Origin: Alphaproteobacteria bacterium
Lineage (GTDB): Bacteria > Pseudomonadota > Alphaproteobacteria > JAGOMX01
Length of the DNA: 64,000 nucleotides
Direction of reading: 5' to 3'
NCBI GenBank assembly: GCA_041738135.1
Contig: JBGSQK010000046.1
Coordinates: 390-64,389, forward strand
Below are positions 18,990-27,570 of this stretch, in pieces (positions within the stretch are counted from its first letter, which is position 1; every line of letters begins with the position of its first letter). The position numbers and the translations under genes are program-made. The notes under the pieces were generated by a model. The model was not told the origin of the DNA. It made no database searches and saw only the letters and a program-made list of their open reading frames with translations.

Positions 18990-20803
18990 TAATCACGACT
19001 TATGTTATCTGTTATTTGTCTGTCTAGAGCGCCAATGGCATCTTCAGGGTCGAGAGCACCCGGCTCATCCGTTTCGGGGACTTCGGGTGGCCCTTCTTGC
19101 GGAGCCAAGTTAGCCTGCCTGAGTACTGGCAAATTTGACATCTCATCTTCCGTTTCGAACTTAGGGAATATGCCCAAAATGGGCGCCGCCCTCTTTATCA
19201 CAGCCGCTGCCAAAGGCGCTGAGTTCCACCCGGCTGTATTATAGCCGTAAGTTGCCTTTGATGCCTTCGGGCCATCAAGCATGACGAACACCAAATAACG
19301 GGGCTGCTCAGGAAACACACAAACGAAAGTGGTATTCACCGCATTAGCAATGTATCCGCGACCATGGGCTCTACGTTGGTTTGCTGTTCCTGTTTTACCT
19401 CCCACGACAATGCCTGGAACCTTGGCTTTGCTGCTGGTGCCACTCTTCACGCTTTGCTGCATCAGGTCAAGAACTTTTGCTGATATTTCTTCACTAACTA
19501 TTTGTTTGTATTTGGTTTCTTCGGGGCTGCGCTTGAGCAATGTGGGCTTTTCAACCATTCTACCTTTGTTGGCAATCCCACCAATAGCCACAGATGAATG
19601 CAAGGGAGATACGGATAAACCGTAACCGTAGGCGATCGTAATGGTATTGGCCTCACGCCAGCTTAATGGTACTAAGGGTTGTGCCAATTCAGGGATTTCT
19701 AGTTTGGGCGGATGCAAGAAACCTATTTCTTTCATGAAAGCCTGCTGCCGCTCACCACCCACCTTCATGGCCATACGCGCTGAACCAATGTTGGATGAAT
19801 AAACGAAAATCTCGGACACGGTCAGCCAGGCATTTTTACCATGGAAATCAGTCACAAAATGGCGTCCTACCTTCAAGGGCTGGGTGGCATCAAATTTGGT
19901 ATCCAGATCCGCCACATTATAATGCAGAGCAAGAGCCGTATTAATGATCTTCATGGAAGAACCCATTTCGTAAACCCCAAGGGTGTTCCGATTAAACAAA
20001 GCTTTTGGGTCTTCGATGACTGGTTTGTTGGGGTCAAAATCAGGTAAAGATACCATAGCCATTATCTCACCCGTGACGATATCCATCATCATACCGCTGC
20101 CGCCCTCCGCTGAGAACTTGTCAACCGCTTTATGAACTTCATCGAAAAGGATGTGCTGCAAGCGGATGTCTAAGGATAGCTGTACAGGTTCGTGAGTGCT
20201 GCGCAGATGCTCATCCAGGCCTTTTTCAAGGCCAGAAATTCCTGTGTTATCCACATCCACAAAGCCTACCGCGTGTGAGACTAAAGGACCGTAAGGATAG
20301 ACGCGTTTGGTATCCCGCATGAATTCAAGACCTGGCAGTCCTAAACGAATCACAGCAGCTTTTTGCTGTGGGGTCAGATGCCTGGTTACCCAGAGGAAAG
20401 ATTTATCGCCTTTGAGTTTTGCCAACAGTTCTTTTTGGTTTAAATTGGGAAAAACTTTCGCAAGCTTTTCCGCAGCTTCCTCAGGATTCAGAATTTTCTG
20501 AGGATTGGCATAAAGTGAGGATGTAGCTATGGTGGTTGCTAGAACTTCACCATTTCTATCCACAAAGGTGGCACGGCCCATATGGATGCCACTGGGATCC
20601 CCTCCTCTGCTGGCATACAAGTCTTGGGTGGGATGAAAACAAGTGACGGAAATTAGCCTAGCAGAAATGACACCGAAGCCAAAAATCACACAGACTGAAG
20701 TAATCAAAAGCCGAGTTTTGGCAATATCAACGGCTTGCCGAACAACGCTGTGATGTTCGGGTCCAACTTTAAATAGGTTGAGGGCTCTGTTGTTAAACGA
20801 CAA
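18989..20803 (-). CDS. ftsI: FtsI / penicillin-binding protein 3 (class B transpeptidase)
   Basis: N-terminal membrane anchor, and SxxK / SxN / KTG-type motifs (KTGTA). Its position is between ftsL and murE. Confidence 0.85.
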   Translation of the reverse strand: MSFNNRALNLFKVGPEHHSVVRQAVDIAKTRLLITSVCVIFGFGVISARLISVTCFHPTQDLYASRGGDPSGIHMGRATFVDRNGEVLATTIATSSLYANPQKILNPEEAAEKLAKVFPNLNQKELLAKLKGDKSFLWVTRHLTPQQKAAVIRLGLPGLEFMRDTKRVYPYGPLVSHAVGFVDVDNTGISGLEKGLDEHLRSTHEPVQLSLDIRLQHILFDEVHKAVDKFSAEGGSGMMMDIVTGEIMAMVSLPDFDPNKPVIEDPKALFNRNTLGVYEMGSSMKIINTALALHYNVADLDTKFDATQPLKVGRHFVTDFHGKNAWLTVSEIFVYSSNIGSARMAMKVGGERQQAFMKEIGFLHPPKLEIPELAQPLVPLSWREANTITIAYGYGLSVSPLHSSVAIGGIANKGRMVEKPTLLKRSPEETKYKQIVSEEISAKVLDLMQQSVKSGTSSKAKVPGIVVGGKTGTANQRRAHGRGYIANAVNTTFVCVFPEQPRYLVFVMLDGPKASKATYGYNTAGWNSAPLAAAVIKRAAPILGIFPKFETEDEMSNLPVLRQANLAPQEGPPEVPETDEPGALDPEDAIGALDRQITDNISRD

Positions 20804-20844
20804 AGCAGTTGTTTCCTTTATTTTTGTACGTTAATTCATTATTA

Positions 20845-21058
20845 CTCAGGCAATAAAATAGTTGAAAGCCCCGTCATCCAGAGCGCGCCTCGGCAAAGCC
20901 GAGGAAGCGTGGGATCCAGCTAATAAGCCCGCGCTAGCGGTTCCATATAGCTATAGAGAAGTCGCTATGCGACGCTCATTTGCTGGATCCCACGCTTACT
21001 CCGCTAAAGCGGAGCTGCGCTCTGGATGACGGAGTTGGACCATTTTCCGTCAACTATT
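20845..21058. repeat. MITE-like palindromic element, family B copy 1. The core 20871-21022 sits inside a perfect 20-bp outer inverted repeat, tcaggcaataaaatagttga / tcaactattttattgcctga.
   Basis: cgtcatccagagcgcgcctcggcaaagccgagg...ctctggatgacgg is a long imperfect palindrome. Each arm carries a GNRA-type hairpin (cctcggc-aaa-gccgagg). Homologous copies lie at 51321 and 59568. Confidence 0.8.
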
Positions 21059-21161
21059 TTATTGCCTGACTGACAACTCTTCATAGCATAATTAGTTTGT
21101 AATAATAAGCCCTTGTATCACCCTCACTTTTAAAGGGATAGATACAAATTAACACCCATTT

Positions 21162-21274
21162 CGTCATTGCGAGCCCCTCTTGGGGCGTGGCAATCTCTTT
21201 TTACTTCCGCAAACATATCTAAACGGCTACATCTAAGTGGATTGCCACGCCCCAAGAGGGGCTCGCAATGACGG
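21162..21274. repeat. MITE-like palindromic element, family A copy 1
   Basis: cgtcattgcgagcccctcttggggcgtggcaatc ... gattgccacgccccaagaggggctcgcaatgacgg. The arms contain a gcccc-tctt-ggggc hairpin. Near-identical copies lie at 35174 and 59598. Confidence 0.8.
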
Positions 21275-21304
21275 ATGTGGTCGAGATAACAATGACTCAA
21301 TGAA

Positions 21305-21637
21305 CTAGCGCTTGAACTTAGCTTCCTTGAGCTCCCCAAAGCCTGTCACTTTTCTTGGCTTTGTTAACTCATGGATGTTTTCATATGACACCAATTGCAC
21401 CGCATCTGACGGGGCTAATTTAAGGTGTTTTTCTGCCAGCTTTTGCAAGCGGCCTGGTTCATTCAGATAAGACCATTCAGCCTGCAAAATATGAATGGCT
21501 TCCTGGGTACTATGCATTTTACTGTGGATTTGCGCTAGTTCACGTTCTTGCTCATTCACCTTATGCTTTAACTGGAAGAGGCAGACGGCGATGCAAGTGG
21601 AGATCAATACACCAAAAATTGCGGAACGACTCATCAT
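21305..21637 (-). CDS. ftsL: FtsL-like cell-division protein
   Basis: 110-aa bitopic protein (TM helix, then a coiled-coil) between rsmH and ftsI, overlapping the rsmH stop. Confidence 0.65.
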   Translation of the reverse strand: MMSRSAIFGVLISTCIAVCLFQLKHKVNEQERELAQIHSKMHSTQEAIHILQAEWSYLNEPGRLQKLAEKHLKLAPSDAVQLVSYENIHELTKPRKVTGFGELKEAKFKR

Positions 21638-22584
21638 AGGGCGCCCCCAATCTCTGGAGCAGACGTCCTAATGGCCCAACGCAACTTGGCAGAACGGGCT
21701 CGCGGATTGATTTTGCACTCTTCGTCGCTCGGCTTGATGGCTTTTCGTGAACCCAACTCAAATGTGGGATGTGGCCTTACCTCATTGGTATGAGGCATAT
21801 GGCGATTGCCTGAGGAAGAACGATTCTCACTGCGGGACTTGAGGAATTGCTTTACACAACGATCTTCTAAGGAATGAAACGATACCACTGCCAAACGCCC
21901 ACCGGGAGCCAGCAAGCGTTCCGCCGACTCTAGGCCGCGTTCGAGCTCGCCCATTTCATCATTGACCTTAATGCGTAAGGCCTGAAATGTACGTGTGGCG
22001 GGATCAATACCTTTCCCGTGTCTTGGAAGGACAGAATATATAATATCAGCCAATTGCTTTGTTGTTGTTATTGGGTTCTCTCTACGCCTTAAAACGATTC
22101 TTTTCGCAATGCGTCGAGATTGCCGTTCTTCACCATAATTGTAGATAATATCAGCCAACTCGTCTTCAGGCAACGAATTTACCAGGTCTGCAGCCGATTT
22201 TCCTTTAAGACTCATACGCATGTCTAAGGGACCGTCTTTTGCAAAGGAAAACCCGCGCTCCGCCTGATCTATTTGGGGTGATGACACTCCTAGATCAAGT
22301 GCAATTCCTTGCACCTGAGAAATGTTTTTTGCATTCAAGGCAGAAACCATGTCGCCAAAACAACTCTCCACCATGTGAAAACGATTGTCAGATTCTTGCT
22401 CTAGCTGATGTCCAACGGCGACAGCTTCCGGATCGCGGTCTAAGCCCCAGACATGGCAATTGGCAGCATTTAAGAATGCCTTTGAATAGCCTCCACGCCC
22501 GAAAGTTCCATCCACTATGATGTCCCCTTCTTTAGGTTGCAAAGCTTCTAGCACCTCTGTCATCATCACAGGTTTATGGCTCAT
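21634..22584 (-). CDS. rsmH: RsmH (MraW), 16S rRNA m4C1402 methyltransferase
   Basis: 316 aa with GTFGRGGYS (SAM-binding GxGxG) and a typical MraW layout, downstream of mraZ. Confidence 0.9.
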   Translation of the reverse strand: MSHKPVMMTEVLEALQPKEGDIIVDGTFGRGGYSKAFLNAANCHVWGLDRDPEAVAVGHQLEQESDNRFHMVESCFGDMVSALNAKNISQVQGIALDLGVSSPQIDQAERGFSFAKDGPLDMRMSLKGKSAADLVNSLPEDELADIIYNYGEERQSRRIAKRIVLRRRENPITTTKQLADIIYSVLPRHGKGIDPATRTFQALRIKVNDEMGELERGLESAERLLAPGGRLAVVSFHSLEDRCVKQFLKSRSENRSSSGNRHMPHTNEVRPHPTFELGSRKAIKPSDEECKINPRARSAKLRWAIRTSAPEIGGAL

Positions 22585-23048
22585 GCGGCGGTATCCTGTG
22601 ATGTGTTGAGCTTAATGGTTGTTTGCTGATCCTTAACCCGCGTCCGAGCCAAATCTTGGAATTCTTGGAATGCCTCTGGCATCCAAATCTGGAAGGTGGA
22701 ACCACGGCCTACAAACGCTGCAAATTCCGTAATGCCCGCATGGTCCAGTAGAGATTGGGGCAAAATCACACGACCATCCCCATCCAGGGGCAACTGCAAT
22801 GAATCGGCAAAAATGGTTGAAGCCAAATCGTCTTGAGCATCGGAAAAGAAATCCAAGTCATCCACACTAGCGCAAAGGCGCTGCATGCGCTCCATACTGC
22901 AACCCTCAATGGCGTTATGTTTGTATGAACGATAAGCAATAATACCTTGGAAAGATTCCCCAGATAGGGCCGCACGAAACGTAGCCGGAACAGATACCCT
23001 GCCCTTCTTGTCGATCTTATTGACAAATGTCGATAAAAACAACGCCAT
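22581..23048 (-). CDS. mraZ: MraZ transcriptional regulator
   Basis: 155 aa starting MALFLSTFVNKIDKKGRVSVPATFR (the DxxxR-containing N-terminus of MraZ). It is the first gene of the dcw cluster. Confidence 0.9.
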   Translation of the reverse strand: MALFLSTFVNKIDKKGRVSVPATFRAALSGESFQGIIAYRSYKHNAIEGCSMERMQRLCASVDDLDFFSDAQDDLASTIFADSLQLPLDGDGRVILPQSLLDHAGITEFAAFVGRGSTFQIWMPEAFQEFQDLARTRVKDQQTTIKLNTSQDTAA

Positions 23049-23134
23049 GTTTTCGTATAGTCTCCAAAGTATTTATTTAAGAAATATCTATAGGCCCGTC
23101 GCATAATACTCGAGCCTTATTATATGGTATATCA

Positions 23135-23169
23135 TGGGACCAGATGGGAGTCAATGGGATTTCATGGAA
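23135..23169 (+). promoter_or_regulatory. Putative MraZ operator: four direct TGGGA/TGGAA repeats with exact 10-bp spacing, 87-120 bp upstream of mraZ
   Basis: caTGGGAccagaTGGGAgtcaaTGGGAtttcaTGGAA. In E. coli, MraZ binds TGGGN direct repeats separated by 5-nt spacers in Pmra. Confidence 0.5.
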
Positions 23170-23469
23170 CAATCTCTAATCCACAAACTTATCCACAGCC
23201 CCTCAGGCAAAATTTAAACCCATGATATACGCCATTAACCATTTGTTAAGCATTTATTAAGGATTAACGAGGATAAGGCTTTTCAAGGGTTTTTTAGACA
23301 TTTTCAGCAGTTCCAACACCTTGCCAGAACATGCCAAACAGGCGGCAATTAAAATTGTTTTCCACCACTACTGAGTTTTATTAGCAAAGATATCCACCGC
23401 TTAATGTAATAGGTTTGACTTTGTCATCACACCGGGAGAGAATTAACATAGCGAACAGACAAAGAGGTC

Positions 23470-23973
23470 ATGAAAATGAATCTCCTGAAGTCTTTTATTT
23501 ACCAGACCATAATGCTTGCGGCACCTATGCAGGCTCTAGCGAGCGACGTCACAGATGAACAAGGCGTCAAGAAACCCACAAGCAAAACAATTCTTACTTC
23601 AAAAAATTTACAACAGATTTTATTGGATACGGACAAACTATTCGCAAGCACCCTCCATTACTACGTAGACAATCGATTTTTAAGTGAGACTTCAAATCAA
23701 CTGTACAAATCCCCAGAACTGCTTCTGGAGTTTTCACACATAGCCACATGCAGACGCACACGATCCATATTTTTTAATAACTCCGACCCCCTACTCATCG
23801 AAAATGTGGACCTGCCTCTCATACTAGGGCAGCTGAAAAACAAAACGGGCATACAGATGAAATTTGATAACGATAACTTGATTTTGACGCTGCAATACGT
23901 GAACAAACACGTAAATGATTTTCCCAAAACCCACGACGAATATCACGTGGCGTTTCAGTTTAGGAGGAAATAG
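23470..23973 (+). CDS. Hypothetical secreted protein
   Basis: 167-aa ORF with an N-terminal signal-like region (LLKSFIYQTIMLAAPMQALA). I recognise no domain. Confidence 0.4.
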   Translation: MKMNLLKSFIYQTIMLAAPMQALASDVTDEQGVKKPTSKTILTSKNLQQILLDTDKLFASTLHYYVDNRFLSETSNQLYKSPELLLEFSHIATCRRTRSIFFNNSDPLLIENVDLPLILGQLKNKTGIQMKFDNDNLILTLQYVNKHVNDFPKTHDEYHVAFQFRRK

Positions 23974-23987
23974 GGATATTAAAATTA

Positions 23988-24020
23988 CCCCCTACCGAAG
24001 TTCGGTAAGGGGTATAGCTG
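23988..24020. terminator. Bidirectional hairpin terminator between convergent genes
   Basis: accccctaccgaa-gt-tcggtaaggggt stem-loop between the 23470 gene (+) and the 24097 gene (-). Confidence 0.4.
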
Positions 24021-24096
24021 TATGTTGGAGATAATTATTCCGCAGCTTCTTGGTTTTGCTGAGCGTCATCAACAGGCAGCATGGAATACTCTAACC

Positions 24097-25248
24097 TTAA
24101 TTCTGCTCCTGAGTCAGCCCTAAAAGCAAAAGAACTTGATTCGTTAATTTTGAATCCTCTCGTTTTTTTAAAATCGGCCACACGACTCTTCCGACTTCCG
24201 TATCAACCATAATAATCCCAGGCAAATTAGTACTTTTTCTATCATGATACTGATCAACAATGGCATTCCCCAAGGCTGTAACTCGCATACGAACTGGAGA
24301 TGGTAAACTTAGAAGCGCTACAGTCCTAAATCTTTTGCAAGTTTGCGCGAAATTAACCAATGCCGGATCTGGCAAATGGAAACATACCAATTTCCATACA
24401 TCGTTAGGCACCTCACCCATTGCGTGCAAAGATGCATCAGAAGCATTTCCCACAGGACTCAGCATCCTTACATTTTTCTGGGTTCCAAATAGCGGGCTCA
24501 AATGCGTTAAAACAAGCAAATGATCACCGTCAGACATGGCCTCAGGTGCTAAGAGTAATGTTTCTAATTTAGCCACACGCGGTTTCTTACCCTCAAAAAA
24601 ATCATCCAAACGCTTAGATAAACAACAGGGCTCGCTACATGTGAAGCAAACTGGCTCGTTGAAGTAAATATCTTTGATATTATCATATACATGATTTATA
24701 TTTATTTTTTTATTAAAAAAATCTTTAAAGCTAATGTCAGGCAGTAAATTAATATAATTATCATCAGGTACAATTTTTTTGTACTCATAAAGGTTATTTT
24801 TAATCCTTCTTTCTGTCTTAAATCTTTTAATGATTAAATTTTCATCATCTGAAGATGAATCGGCGTAAGGAATTATTTCACGACATGCATACTCAAGCAT
24901 AATAGCCCTAAATCTTTTGCAAATTTGCCCAAGATTTAATCTTGCTTCATATGGCAAATGGGTAAATACTAATCGCCACACATCGTTAGGCACCCTATCC
25001 ATCATTGCCTCCAAAGATGCATTAGAAGCATCTCCTATAACATTTAATATTGCTGCGGACATCAATCTGATGTTTTCATCATCGAGGTATTCCCCACTCA
25101 AATTTTCATCATCTGAAGATAAATCTGCAATATAAGTAGGGGGCAAGACATCCCGCTGATCGTCATCACTAGGAAAATCTCCGCTAGCAAAAACAGGGTT
25201 TAATAAAGCTAGGGACATCAACCCGCTAATCAACAACTTTATATTCAT
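24097..25248 (-). CDS. Secreted protein with two tandem F-box domains
   Basis: Signal peptide MNIKLLISGLMSLALLNPVFA. The two domains, VPNDVWRLVFTHLPYEARLNLGQICKRFRAIM and VPNDVWKLVCFHLPDPALVNFAQTCKRFRTVAL, both fit the F-box consensus (LPxEil..if.yL....l.....VCKrWr). The module is duplicated inside the gene. Confidence 0.6.
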   Translation of the reverse strand: MNIKLLISGLMSLALLNPVFASGDFPSDDDQRDVLPPTYIADLSSDDENLSGEYLDDENIRLMSAAILNVIGDASNASLEAMMDRVPNDVWRLVFTHLPYEARLNLGQICKRFRAIMLEYACREIIPYADSSSDDENLIIKRFKTERRIKNNLYEYKKIVPDDNYINLLPDISFKDFFNKKININHVYDNIKDIYFNEPVCFTCSEPCCLSKRLDDFFEGKKPRVAKLETLLLAPEAMSDGDHLLVLTHLSPLFGTQKNVRMLSPVGNASDASLHAMGEVPNDVWKLVCFHLPDPALVNFAQTCKRFRTVALLSLPSPVRMRVTALGNAIVDQYHDRKSTNLPGIIMVDTEVGRVVWPILKKREDSKLTNQVLLLLGLTQEQN

Positions 25249-25432
25249 TTTACAAGCTCCATTGTAAATATTTGATTAACATAAATATTCTACACACTTA
25301 TACATATGCATTTATTTTTCTGTTGTCAATATTTTTTACTTCCACACTCTATTCTCCGCATTTTTGCGGAGATTACGCGAGTTATTCTCCACATTGGCTG
25401 ATTTTACTGGTGTTTCGGGAGACTAAAAAGAA

Positions 25433-25804
25433 TTGCAAGGCGGCCTATAAGCCGGGTTCTGTCCCCAACGAGTTGGGGGGTAATCATTCATCTAGGATGT
25501 CTGTTGCCAGACACCTCAAGCAATCTACCCGAACGACTGGTACGAAGGATACCTGCTCTCCGAAGAGAGCGCGCCGTTCCTATTTGATCTTGCTCCAGGT
25601 GGGGTTTACCCTGCCATTCTTGTTACCAAGAATGCGGTGAGCTCTTACCTCGCCATTTCACCCTTACCAATTGCTTGGCGGTATATTTTCTGTGGCACTT
25701 TCCCTAAGGTTACCCTCGGCGGACATTATCCGCCACCTTTCCTCCGCGGAGCCCGGACTTTCCTCTCCGTGCGAACACGCAGCGATTACCCGACCACCTT
25801 GCAT
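25433..25804 (-). ncRNA. rnpB: RNase P RNA (bacterial type A), rnpB
   Basis: The minus strand contains GGAGAGGAAAGUCCGGGCUCC (P4), ACAGAAAAUAUACCGCC, GGGUGAAAUGGCGAGGUAAGAGCUCACCGC, AGAUGAAUGA and the 3'-terminal ACAGAACCCGGCUUAUAGGCCGCC. The P1 strands gcaaggugguc / ggccgccuugc pair. ORF-track ORFs 25272-25967 (+) overlap it and are spurious. Confidence 0.9.
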
Positions 25805-25898
25805 GGTATGTATAGGGGGTTATTGGGGATTTGTAAATGAAATTAAGGGGGTAATACGGCTCCGCCTGATGAAGGACTATCAAAATCTTGCCACCCCC

Positions 25899-26019
25899 GT
25901 GTCATCCCCGCGAAGGCGGGGATCCAGCGCAATAAGCATAGCGAAGCGATTCAATATAGCTACATAGAGCGCCGCTGGCGCACATATTGCGCTGGATCCC
26001 CGCCTTCGCGGGGATGACA
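25899..26019. repeat. MITE-like palindromic element, family D copy 1, left flank of the GIY-YIG gene
   Basis: gtcatccccgcgaaggcggggatccagcgcaataagcat...gctggatccccgccttcgcggggatgac. It is nearly identical to the copy at 26427 and in the same orientation. Its core is shared with families B and C. Confidence 0.8.
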
Positions 26020-26105
26020 TAAGATGGGGCAGCAATAAGAAAATAGATACTGCGGCTCGCTTCAAAATGTGTTTAATTCATACACAAAAATGGGGATTTA
26101 TACAA

Positions 26106-26399
26106 ATGAAAACATTTTATTTATACATTATGGCTTCGGATAAAAATGGAACCCTCTACACGGGAGTAACAGGCAATCTAGCTAAAAGAGTCTACACCCA
26201 CAAACATAAATTAATCGACGGGTTTACTAAAAAATACTCAACAGATAAACTTGTGTATGTTGAAGTCTATGAATATGTGCACGATGCTATAACAAGAGAG
26301 CATCGAATAAAAAAATGGCGTCGGGAATGGAAATTAAACCTGATAGAAAAACAGAATCCAGAATGGGATGATTTATATTATAAAATACTGTGGGTCTAG
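26106..26399 (+). CDS. Small GIY-YIG nuclease-family protein (YhbQ/UPF0213-like URI-domain protein). The ORF track starts it at 26067.
   Basis: FYLYIMASDKNGTLYTGVTGNLAKRVYTHK...REHRIKKWRREWK, i.e. the GIY...YxG motif, the conserved Arg and Glu, and the KKW tail of stand-alone GIY-YIG proteins. Confidence 0.75.
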   Translation: MKTFYLYIMASDKNGTLYTGVTGNLAKRVYTHKHKLIDGFTKKYSTDKLVYVEVYEYVHDAITREHRIKKWRREWKLNLIEKQNPEWDDLYYKILWV

Positions 26400-26426
26400 C
26401 ATTTCTTGATTTATTGCATCTACACT

Positions 26427-26543
26427 GTCATCCACGCGAAGGCGGGGATCCAGCGCAATAAGCATTGCGAAGCGATTCAATATAGCTATACAGAGCGCCG
26501 TTGGCGCACATTTTGTGCTGGATCCCCGCCTTCGCGGGGATGA
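26427..26543. repeat. MITE-like palindromic element, family D copy 2, right flank of the GIY-YIG gene
   Basis: gtcatccacgcgaaggcggggatccagcgcaataagcattgcgaagcgattcaatatagctatacagagcgccgttggcgcacattttgtgctggatccccgccttcgcggggatgac. Confidence 0.8.
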
Positions 26544-26580
26544 CAAATGGCAACCTTCTCGTCAATAATTCTGCGGGGCC

Positions 26581-27111
26581 CTAACGACGAATAATCTTTT
26601 CCGACTTAATCTTCCTCTGCAGCTGCATAATGCCATAGAGCAAAGCTTCGGCTGTAGGCGGACAGCCAGGCACGTAAATATCCACGGGAACAATACGATC
26701 ACAACCGCGCACTACCGAATAGGAGTAATGGTAGTAACCACCGCCATTGGCGCAAGAACCCATGGAGATAACCCAGCGAGGCTCTGCCATCTGATCATAT
26801 ACGCGGCGCATAGCAGGCGCCATTTTGTTGGTTAGCGTGCCGGCTACAATCATTAGATCCGCCTGGCGAGGACTTGGACGGAAAAGAAACCCGAATCGAT
26901 CCATGTCATAACGGCTAGCCGCACATTGCATCATCTCAACAGCACAGCAGGCAAGACCAAAGCTCATGGGCCAGAGCGAATTGGCACGACCCCATTGAAC
27001 CAGCTTGTCCACTTGCGTAATCAAATAGCCATTTTCTGAAAGCTCATCATTAATATCACGGTTTAAATCATGATCCACAAATGCAGGCTGCACCTGACCA
27101 ACTACTCCCAT
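26581..27111 (-). CDS. nuoB: NuoB, NADH-quinone oxidoreductase subunit B. The start is taken at the internal Met MGVVGQV..., and the ORF-track N-terminal extension to 27222 overlaps nuoA.
   Basis: [22 protein letters not shown] and CPPTAE/GCPP motifs (the N2 cluster ligands). It follows nuoA immediately. Confidence 0.85.
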   Translation of the reverse strand: MGVVGQVQPAFVDHDLNRDINDELSENGYLITQVDKLVQWGRANSLWPMSFGLACCAVEMMQCAASRYDMDRFGFLFRPSPRQADLMIVAGTLTNKMAPAMRRVYDQMAEPRWVISMGSCANGGGYYHYSYSVVRGCDRIVPVDIYVPGCPPTAEALLYGIMQLQRKIKSEKIIRR

Positions 27112-27467
27112 TCCAGGGCTCCTTTTTTCCATTCGTAAATAAAGCCCACGGTCAGCACCAGCAAAAAGACCATCATGGACGCAAAACCAAACCAGCCAAT
27201 AGCCTTCAAAGACATGGCCCACGGGAATAAAAATGCGATTTCCAGATCAAAAATAATAAAGAGGATGGCCACCAGATAGTAACGTACATCAAATTTAAGA
27301 CGCGCATCAGAAAACGCATCAAACCCGCATTCGTAAGGAGAGAGCTTATCAGCATCAGGCAAATCAGTGGAACGCAGCCAAGCCAAAAGAATAATGAACA
27401 ATGACAACCCCAAGGCAACCCCGAAAAAAACCAGGATGGGCGCATAATCTGTCAGCAAGGTATTCAT
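27102..27467 (-). CDS. nuoA: NuoA, NADH-quinone oxidoreductase subunit A
   Basis: 121 aa with three TM helices and PYECGF...[11 protein letters not shown], the NuoA signature. Confidence 0.9.
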   Translation of the reverse strand: MNTLLTDYAPILVFFGVALGLSLFIILLAWLRSTDLPDADKLSPYECGFDAFSDARLKFDVRYYLVAILFIIFDLEIAFLFPWAMSLKAIGWFGFASMMVFLLVLTVGFIYEWKKGALEWE

Positions 27468-27570
27468 TCACGACTCATAATGTTTATAGTTATCTTATGA
27501 TTTATACCATTGTTTGCGCTGGAAGGGTATAGGGAAAATGGGTCAAATTACATGGATAAACTTTCGCAAC

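Noticed and set aside
21130-21339. ORFs 21130-21339 (-), 35076-35336 (-), 35162-35344 (+), 59570-59785 (-), 25880-26065 (-) and 47668-47853 (+) with recurring peptides such as HCEPLLGRGN / CHAPRGARND
   Set aside because: They are translations of the palindromic repeat elements. The same peptide recurs only because the DNA repeat recurs.
25272-25967. Three overlapping plus-strand ORFs (122, 67 and 98 aa)
   Set aside because: They overlap the RNase P RNA gene on the opposite strand, and have no RBS or protein-like composition.
26581-27222. A 213-aa version of nuoB with an N-terminal extension
   Set aside because: The extension overlaps nuoA by 120 nt in another frame. The conserved NuoB sequence begins at the internal Met (about 27111).
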